NCBI RefSeq assembly: GCF_021378375.1
Contig: NZ_CP076228.1
Location: 1,140,001-1,172,000 of the forward strand
Source: Wolbachia endosymbiont of Drosophila innubila
Lineage (GTDB): Bacteria; Pseudomonadota; Alphaproteobacteria; Rickettsiales; Anaplasmataceae
DNA: 32,000 nt
Direction of reading: 5' to 3'
The stretch's first letter is position 1, and each line of letters begins with the position of its first letter. Both the position numbers and the translations under genes were made by a program. Shown in pieces: positions 27,104 to 32,000 of the stretch. The notes beneath the pieces were generated by a model, which worked only from the letters and a program-made list of their open reading frames with translations, ran no database searches and was not told the DNA's origin.

Positions 27104-27928
27104 TTAACGCCCTTTTACTATGTCATTACCTTGTTCAAACTTTCTGATTAATTCGCTTACATTGACATTAGATAATTTTTTACCTGCAGATTTGTCATTA
27201 TGTGAAGCATCAGGTTTACGAAGGTCTTCCTTACTGTTACTCCTAGTAATATTACATCTAACAATGTTTGAATTATTAGACTTATCGCTTACATCTGAAA
27301 TATTGCTTTTTTCACTACATGAAGACGAATTACTCGACATATTGCCTAAGCTAAAGAGCTTTTTACCTTGATAGATTGGATTCCAATCAAGTGGATTATA
27401 AGTTTTTTTGCTAGTCTCAACCTTTTGGTTATTTTGCTGTTTAGGAGAAAAACCAAGTTTTTCTCTTTCTTTCTTGCTTAGCGTTTTGAGAAATTTTACG
27501 GTTTCTAATTCATCAGTTGCTTGTACTTTATGTAAATCAAAGCTTTTTTGATGGTTATCCTGCTTAACATTTTCCATCATTTTATCTTTTATTGTTCTAT
27601 CCTCATCATCAGAAGTGCTGCTACTAATATCACTGATACCACTATCCCCTGAATTGCGGCGTTGTTTGTTAGGAGTGCTATGAATGTTGTCTTCCATGAG
27701 TTTTTGCATTGTTGGGCCAAATGTTCTTCCAAGATTGCTACTCACTGTTTTATTACTATCATTTGCTTGAGAATGAGGTACATTTCGCTCAAAAATTGCT
27801 TTTATTCCAGCAAATTTAGCTTGGGAAGATTTCGGAGGAACAGGTGGGGCAACCATGCCTTTTGAGTTAATCTTTCCTTCATTTTGAGGAAAAATTTTTG
27901 GATTATTTTTTTCTACTGTAGTATTCAT
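27104..27928 (-). CDS. Hypothetical Ser/Asn/Lys-rich, probably disordered protein (effector-like)
   Basis: 274-aa ORF with GAGG upstream of the ATG. It has no hydrophobic segments, and carries PPVPPK, the acidic Ser cluster NSGDSGISDISSSTSDDED and Ser/Asn runs. Confidence 0.65.
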   Translation of the reverse strand: MNTTVEKNNPKIFPQNEGKINSKGMVAPPVPPKSSQAKFAGIKAIFERNVPHSQANDSNKTVSSNLGRTFGPTMQKLMEDNIHSTPNKQRRNSGDSGISDISSSTSDDEDRTIKDKMMENVKQDNHQKSFDLHKVQATDELETVKFLKTLSKKEREKLGFSPKQQNNQKVETSKKTYNPLDWNPIYQGKKLFSLGNMSSNSSSCSEKSNISDVSDKSNNSNIVRCNITRSNSKEDLRKPDASHNDKSAGKKLSNVNVSELIRKFEQGNDIVKGR

Positions 27929-27997
27929 TTTTTTACCTCTAAACCTATTAACTAATAAAAGTATAAACTTAGAGGTATTAATTTTGTAATAACAATG

Positions 27998-29362
27998 CTA
28001 ATAGATTACCGCAGTTTCAATAAGCATCACCAGAGGATTCTCTATATAATGCTTAAAGGCATTTAAAAACTTTGCTCCGAGTGCCCCATCAACTGCTCTA
28101 TGGTCAACAGAGAGCGTTACTGTCATTATTTCTGCTATTTCTATTTTCTCATTCATAACAATTGGTTGTTTTTTAGATGCACCAACTGCCATAATGCAAG
28201 ATTGCGGCGGATTGATTATAGCACTGAAGGCTTTTATACCAAACATCCCTAAGTTGGAGATAGTAAACCCTCCTCCTTGAAACTCTTCAGGTTTCAATTT
28301 TCCAGATCTTGCTCTGCTTACTAAATCTTTCACTTCTTTTGATATAGATAAAATACCCTTTTTATCAGCATTTTTTACTATAGGAGTAATTAGCCCATCT
28401 TCAAGTGCCACAGCGATTGAAATATCTATATTTGAATATCTCAGTATTTTATTATCTATCCACGAAGAATTTATATCAGGAAATTTTTTCATGCTGAAAG
28501 CTGCAGCTTTTATGATTAGATCATTAATTGTTACTTTATTGTTTTCATCTGCTGAGTTAATCTCGTTTTTTAACGATATTAACTTATCAACCTGGCAGTC
28601 TACAGTTAAATAAAAATGTGGAACATTCTGTTTTGATTCAGTCAGGCGCTGTGCTATCACTTGGCGCATGTTGCTTACTTCAACTATGGTATCTTTCTCA
28701 GGACTTTCAGTATGTATACCACTGCCTAAAAACTCCAACACATCAGCCTTAATTATGCGACCATATGGTCCTGTACCTTTTAATTGCTGCACATTAACCC
28801 CTTCATTTTGAGCTATTTTCTTAGCTAATGGGCTTATTTTTGTTCTACCTTCTGCATAACCCTCTGTCATCTGAGTAGCTGACACTGGGATCCATTCTTC
28901 TTTTCTAGATCCCAGTGTCAAGCACTGGGATGACATTGAGGGGTTGGATTCCAGCGTCACGCGCTGGAATGACACCGAAGAATGACTTATTGGCTTTCCG
29001 TTTAAATCTTGGTGTTCTGATTTTTGATTATCAATAGCACTTTTTGTCACTTCCTTTTTAACTGCACTATTGATGGAAGTTGAAGTATAGTTGTTAAGTG
29101 CACTTTCATCTTCTCCTTCTTCCAGCATTAAAGCTATTGGTTGATTTACAGGCACGCCACTTGTTCCTTCTGTTACTAAAATTTTTGCTAAAACTCCTTC
29201 ATCTATAGATTCAAACTCCATTATGGCTTTATCAGTCTCTATCTCAGCAATTACGTCGCCTACTTCAACTTTGTCTTGTTCTTTTTTATGCCACTTTATA
29301 ATTTTTCCTCCAGCTTTGCTCATTGTTGGTGAAAGAGCAGGCATTAATATTTCTATAGGCAT
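27998..29362 (-). CDS. pdhC: Pyruvate dehydrogenase E2 (dihydrolipoamide acetyltransferase), carrying an in-frame repeat insertion in the linker
   Basis: Lipoyl domain MPIEILMPALSPTM...IETDKAIMEFE, E3-binding domain ISPLAKKIAQNEGVNVQQLKGTGPYGRIIKADV and catalytic DHRAVDG. ATG 29362 is preferred over TTG 29389. Confidence 0.9.
   Translation of the reverse strand: MPIEILMPALSPTMSKAGGKIIKWHKKEQDKVEVGDVIAEIETDKAIMEFESIDEGVLAKILVTEGTSGVPVNQPIALMLEEGEDESALNNYTSTSINSAVKKEVTKSAIDNQKSEHQDLNGKPISHSSVSFQRVTLESNPSMSSQCLTLGSRKEEWIPVSATQMTEGYAEGRTKISPLAKKIAQNEGVNVQQLKGTGPYGRIIKADVLEFLGSGIHTESPEKDTIVEVSNMRQVIAQRLTESKQNVPHFYLTVDCQVDKLISLKNEINSADENNKVTINDLIIKAAAFSMKKFPDINSSWIDNKILRYSNIDISIAVALEDGLITPIVKNADKKGILSISKEVKDLVSRARSGKLKPEEFQGGGFTISNLGMFGIKAFSAIINPPQSCIMAVGASKKQPIVMNEKIEIAEIMTVTLSVDHRAVDGALGAKFLNAFKHYIENPLVMLIETAVIY
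28860..28990. repeat. Three palindromic cores translated within the pdhC linker
   Basis: CTCTGTCATCTGAGTAGCTGACACTGGGATCCA, GATCCCAGTGTCAAGCACTGGGATGACA and GGATTCCAGCGTCACGCGCTGGAATGACACC. Read on the minus strand they give ..SFQRVTLESNPSMSSQCLTLGSRKEEWIPVSATQMTEG... Boundaries are approximate. Confidence 0.8.
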
Positions 29363-29432
29363 TGATTTTGCATTTAAAGATCTATTCAATTTTTAATTTA
29401 CTCTTTATCTTATGTCAACCTAATCGTGAATT

Positions 29433-29924
29433 ATGATGAATAAGTCTGTTACACTATCCCTCACGTTATCCCAGTGCGTGACACTGGGATCTTGGTTCAG
29501 TACTATTATCCTATTGTTTTTATTATTTAGCCATAGCTTGTTTGCTAACAACTTTGTTTCAACCAAATCAAATAAGATCAACATGAGAACGGGGCCAGGG
29601 TTTCACTATCCTGTAAAATGGATATACACTTGCAAAAATCTGCCCCTGAAAGTGATAGAAGAGTTTGAGAGTTGGAAAAAGGTCTGCGATATAGATGAAG
29701 ACTGCGGATGGATAAAAGGCAATCTTCTTAGTGATAAGCGCTACGCGATTGTAAAAGAAGATACTTATGGATATCAAAAACAGAGTGTAGACAGCAAGAT
29801 TACTATGAAAATAGACAAGTTTGTTGTGATGAAGATAGAAAAATGCAACGAAGAATGGTGCTTTCTTTCCACCCCAAAACGCAAAGCATGGGTACAAAAA
29901 AAACATATATATGGGGTTGATTAG
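29433..29924 (+). CDS. SH3-like domain protein (COG3807-like), secreted
   Basis: INMRTGPGFHYPVKWIYTCKNLPLKVIEEFESWKKVCDIDEDCGWIKGNLLSDKRYAIV matches the alphaproteobacterial SH3b-like family pattern. A hydrophobic signal FSTIILLFLLFSHSLFA is present, and a repeat core sits at 29461-29487 inside the 5' end. Confidence 0.7.
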   Translation: MMNKSVTLSLTLSQCVTLGSWFSTIILLFLLFSHSLFANNFVSTKSNKINMRTGPGFHYPVKWIYTCKNLPLKVIEEFESWKKVCDIDEDCGWIKGNLLSDKRYAIVKEDTYGYQKQSVDSKITMKIDKFVVMKIEKCNEEWCFLSTPKRKAWVQKKHIYGVD

Positions 29925-30337
29925 GTTGACAAAAGATCTGAATTAACACTAGTTTCTGGGCCTTCTGTAGCATGCTCTTCAGATGAAGCAGAGGGTTCTT
30001 GAGGCTCTGGAGACTGTACAGGGCTATCACAGAAACTCCTTAACATCTCCTCAGCGGATGAATCTAAAATTTGTACAATAGACTTTTCACTCTGCTCTTT
30101 TAGCGATTGATCCACTCTAGAAATCAACTCAGAAAACTCGCTACCTGATTTTTCAGCTTCACTTTTTATTTTACTTTCTATGCTTGCAATATTACCTTGG
30201 TCAATTTCTTCTTTTGTTATGTTGAATGACTTTGCAACATCTTGATATCCAATCTTGCAATTTCCACAACCAATTATGCAAAAAGTAATAGAATCAGATA
30301 TTTCGCTTGCAGCCCAATTATGTATAGTGTAAGCCAA
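29921..30337 (-). CDS. Hypothetical protein (possible 3' exon of an intron-interrupted gene)
   Basis: 138 codons from a TTG with no Shine-Dalgarno and no in-frame ATG near the start. The frame stays open upstream to the intron junction at 30402. C-terminal half is acidic and Ser/Pro-rich. Confidence 0.45.
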   Translation of the reverse strand: MAYTIHNWAASEISDSITFCIIGCGNCKIGYQDVAKSFNITKEEIDQGNIASIESKIKSEAEKSGSEFSELISRVDQSLKEQSEKSIVQILDSSAEEMLRSFCDSPVQSPEPQEPSASSEEHATEGPETSVNSDLLST

Positions 30338-30466
30338 ATAATTGTCATAGTATTTAATGCTAAATTGTTGTTCTATTAACTCAGAAATTTTATTCTTTAG
30401 AGGTCTGGTAGAGACTCATGACCTTGAAACCAGCGATTTGGTCTCATAACCATAGTCTCCCCAAAA

Positions 30467-30499
30467 GAACCGTGCTTGCGGATTTCCCGCACACGGCTC
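30467..30499 (-). ncRNA. Group II intron ribozyme domain V (copy B)
   Basis: Reverse complement is identical to 709-741. Confidence 0.85.
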
Positions 30500-30512
30500 C
30501 ACAATACAGCGT

Positions 30513-31826
30513 TCACACTAGTGCTCCTGTGTATAAAGAAACATATACCTTTGGTTTTGGTAATGGATTTACTTTTAAATAGTGTATAAATTGTTCCCAA
30601 TCCATACTTTTCTTTTGACTACGTCGGTTTATCCACTTAAATGCTAACTTTGTTACCGGTCGATAGAATTGAATCAAACACCGATAATTTCCGCTAACTC
30701 CGAAGTAGCTATAGTGTCCTGTTAGTTTGGCTTTAAGTTTCTGCCACCAATCTTTGAAACAGATACGACTTCGTACCATCTTCAACCATTCTTTGATTTC
30801 TTTAATCTTTCTGGCTAGGCTTATTTTTGAAGTTTTCTGCTTCATCATAAGTTTACCATTACGACTTTTTCCACAATAATGTGTAAATCCTAGAAAGTTG
30901 AAGCTAGCCGTCCTACGTTTCTCTCTTTCTGCTTGATACCATTCTTTCTTACCAAACTTTACTATTTTTGTTTTATTTTCAGCTATTTCCAACCCAAATT
31001 TACTTAGTCTTTGTTTCAGTAATTCTAGAAATTCTTTTGCGTCTTCTTCCCTCTCGCAGCCAACTACAAAATCGTCGCAAAACCTTATTAGCTGTAAATA
31101 TCCTCTGGCTTTTGGCTTAAATTTCTTTTCAAACCATAAGTCCAGCACATAGTGTAAGTATATATTAGCTAATACAGGGCTTACTATACCACCTTGTGGT
31201 GTGCCTTGATCGGTTGCTTTATAACATCCAACTTCGACTATTCCTGCCTTTAGAAATCGTTTTATTAACCACAATAAATTTGGGTCAGCTATTCGTTCCC
31301 TTAGACAATTCATTAGCCATTTATGTTGAACATTATCAAAGAACTTCTTGATATCCACTTCTACAATATAGTTAATTGGTTTGTGCATAACTGCTTTATC
31401 TAGAGCGTTTATCGCCTGATGACAATTTCTTCCTGGTCGAAATCCATACGAGCTGTCCATAAAGTTTGCTTCATAAATATTTTCTAATATCTTCTTTAGC
31501 ATTACCTGTACCAACTTATCTTCCGTTGATGGTATTCCGAGACCGCGCTTCTCTTTGCTCCCGGCTTTGGGTATGTATACCCTTTTCACTGGTAGCGGTT
31601 GATATTGTTTTCTCTTCATACTATCCACTAGTGTTTTAAGTTTCTCTTCTAGATTTTCTCCATAAGCTTCCACTGTCACACGATCTATACTACAAGCCTT
31701 GTTGCGTTTTAGTTCCTTATAACACTCTGCAAGATTCTCTTCATTAATCAAATGAACTAATGATGTAAATTTTACTCGCTTATCTTGCTTAGCCCTTACT
31801 GCTATCTGGTTTAGTTTTCCTTGCAT
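30513..31826 (-). CDS. Group II intron reverse transcriptase/maturase (no endonuclease domain apparent)
   Basis: 437 aa with RT motifs (RGLGIPSTEDKLVQ, GTPQGGIVSPVLANIYL, the FCDDFVV YxDD-type box) and a maturase/X region (GFTHYCGK..., LTGHYSYFGVSGN). Confidence 0.93.
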   Translation of the reverse strand: MQGKLNQIAVRAKQDKRVKFTSLVHLINEENLAECYKELKRNKACSIDRVTVEAYGENLEEKLKTLVDSMKRKQYQPLPVKRVYIPKAGSKEKRGLGIPSTEDKLVQVMLKKILENIYEANFMDSSYGFRPGRNCHQAINALDKAVMHKPINYIVEVDIKKFFDNVQHKWLMNCLRERIADPNLLWLIKRFLKAGIVEVGCYKATDQGTPQGGIVSPVLANIYLHYVLDLWFEKKFKPKARGYLQLIRFCDDFVVGCEREEDAKEFLELLKQRLSKFGLEIAENKTKIVKFGKKEWYQAEREKRRTASFNFLGFTHYCGKSRNGKLMMKQKTSKISLARKIKEIKEWLKMVRSRICFKDWWQKLKAKLTGHYSYFGVSGNYRCLIQFYRPVTKLAFKWINRRSQKKSMDWEQFIHYLKVNPLPKPKVYVSLYTGALV

Positions 31827-32000
31827 ACTCCTCTAATCTCTGTTGTATTGGTATAGCAATCCCTATACCAGTCACTATATTGCTAACCGCTTCCCCTTGT
31901 ATGTGGCTTTCCCACACTCCGAGTACTATCAATTAGTCCGACTTCCTTTGCATCTTCCTCCAGTCCTCGCCTTTATTGACTTGTTCCAGAGTACCCTTAC

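Larger units (their letters stand above)
30403..32000 (-). mobile_element. Group II intron, copy B (5' end beyond window)
   Basis: Has an intact RT ORF, domain V at 30467-30499, and a 3' end ...CCAGAC at 30403 where similarity to copy A ends. 31827-32000 would be ribozyme domains upstream of the ORF. Confidence 0.92.

Noticed and set aside
1-32000. Prophage WO, cif (cytoplasmic incompatibility) genes, ankyrin-repeat genes, T4SS operons, toxin-antitoxin pairs
   Set aside because: None of the ORFs shows the characteristic motifs or sizes. The only mobile-element genes present are the group II intron RTs.

Overview
AT-rich (about one-third GC) chromosomal segment of a reduced obligate intracellular alphaproteobacterium. 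Gene content and protein sequences look most like Wolbachia (Anaplasmataceae), but that assignment is from recognition only, with no search run. The backbone is ordinary housekeeping: tRNA-Val, gyrA, petA, priA, thyX, murA, fabF, acpP, ispA, hslVU, a GshA-type ligase, hemH, ndk, recR and pdhC. Between these sit lineage-specific genes: an acidic 595-aa protein, two membrane proteins flanking hemH, a Ser-rich protein with eukaryote-like motifs, and a compact KAP-type P-loop NTPase. I see no multi-gene defence, secretion or prophage system. The unusual content is mobile and repetitive DNA. (1) Two inverted copies of a group II intron bracket about 29.6 kb; the right copy has an intact RT, and the left has four homopolymer frameshifts. 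(2) A modular family of GC-richer palindromic (RPE/MITE-like) elements occurs at 12 or more sites, and it is translated in frame inside priA (about 108 codons), ispA and pdhC and at the 5' end of an SH3 gene. (3) A 327-bp MITE with 18-bp IS903-like terminal inverted repeats and a 9-bp target duplication is nested inside one palindromic element, and an intact empty-site paralog lies 150 bp away. (4) The 1.4-kb non-coding ndk-recR spacer also carries a near-consensus orphan promoter, a two-copy tandem repeat of about 145 bp and GC-rich hairpins.
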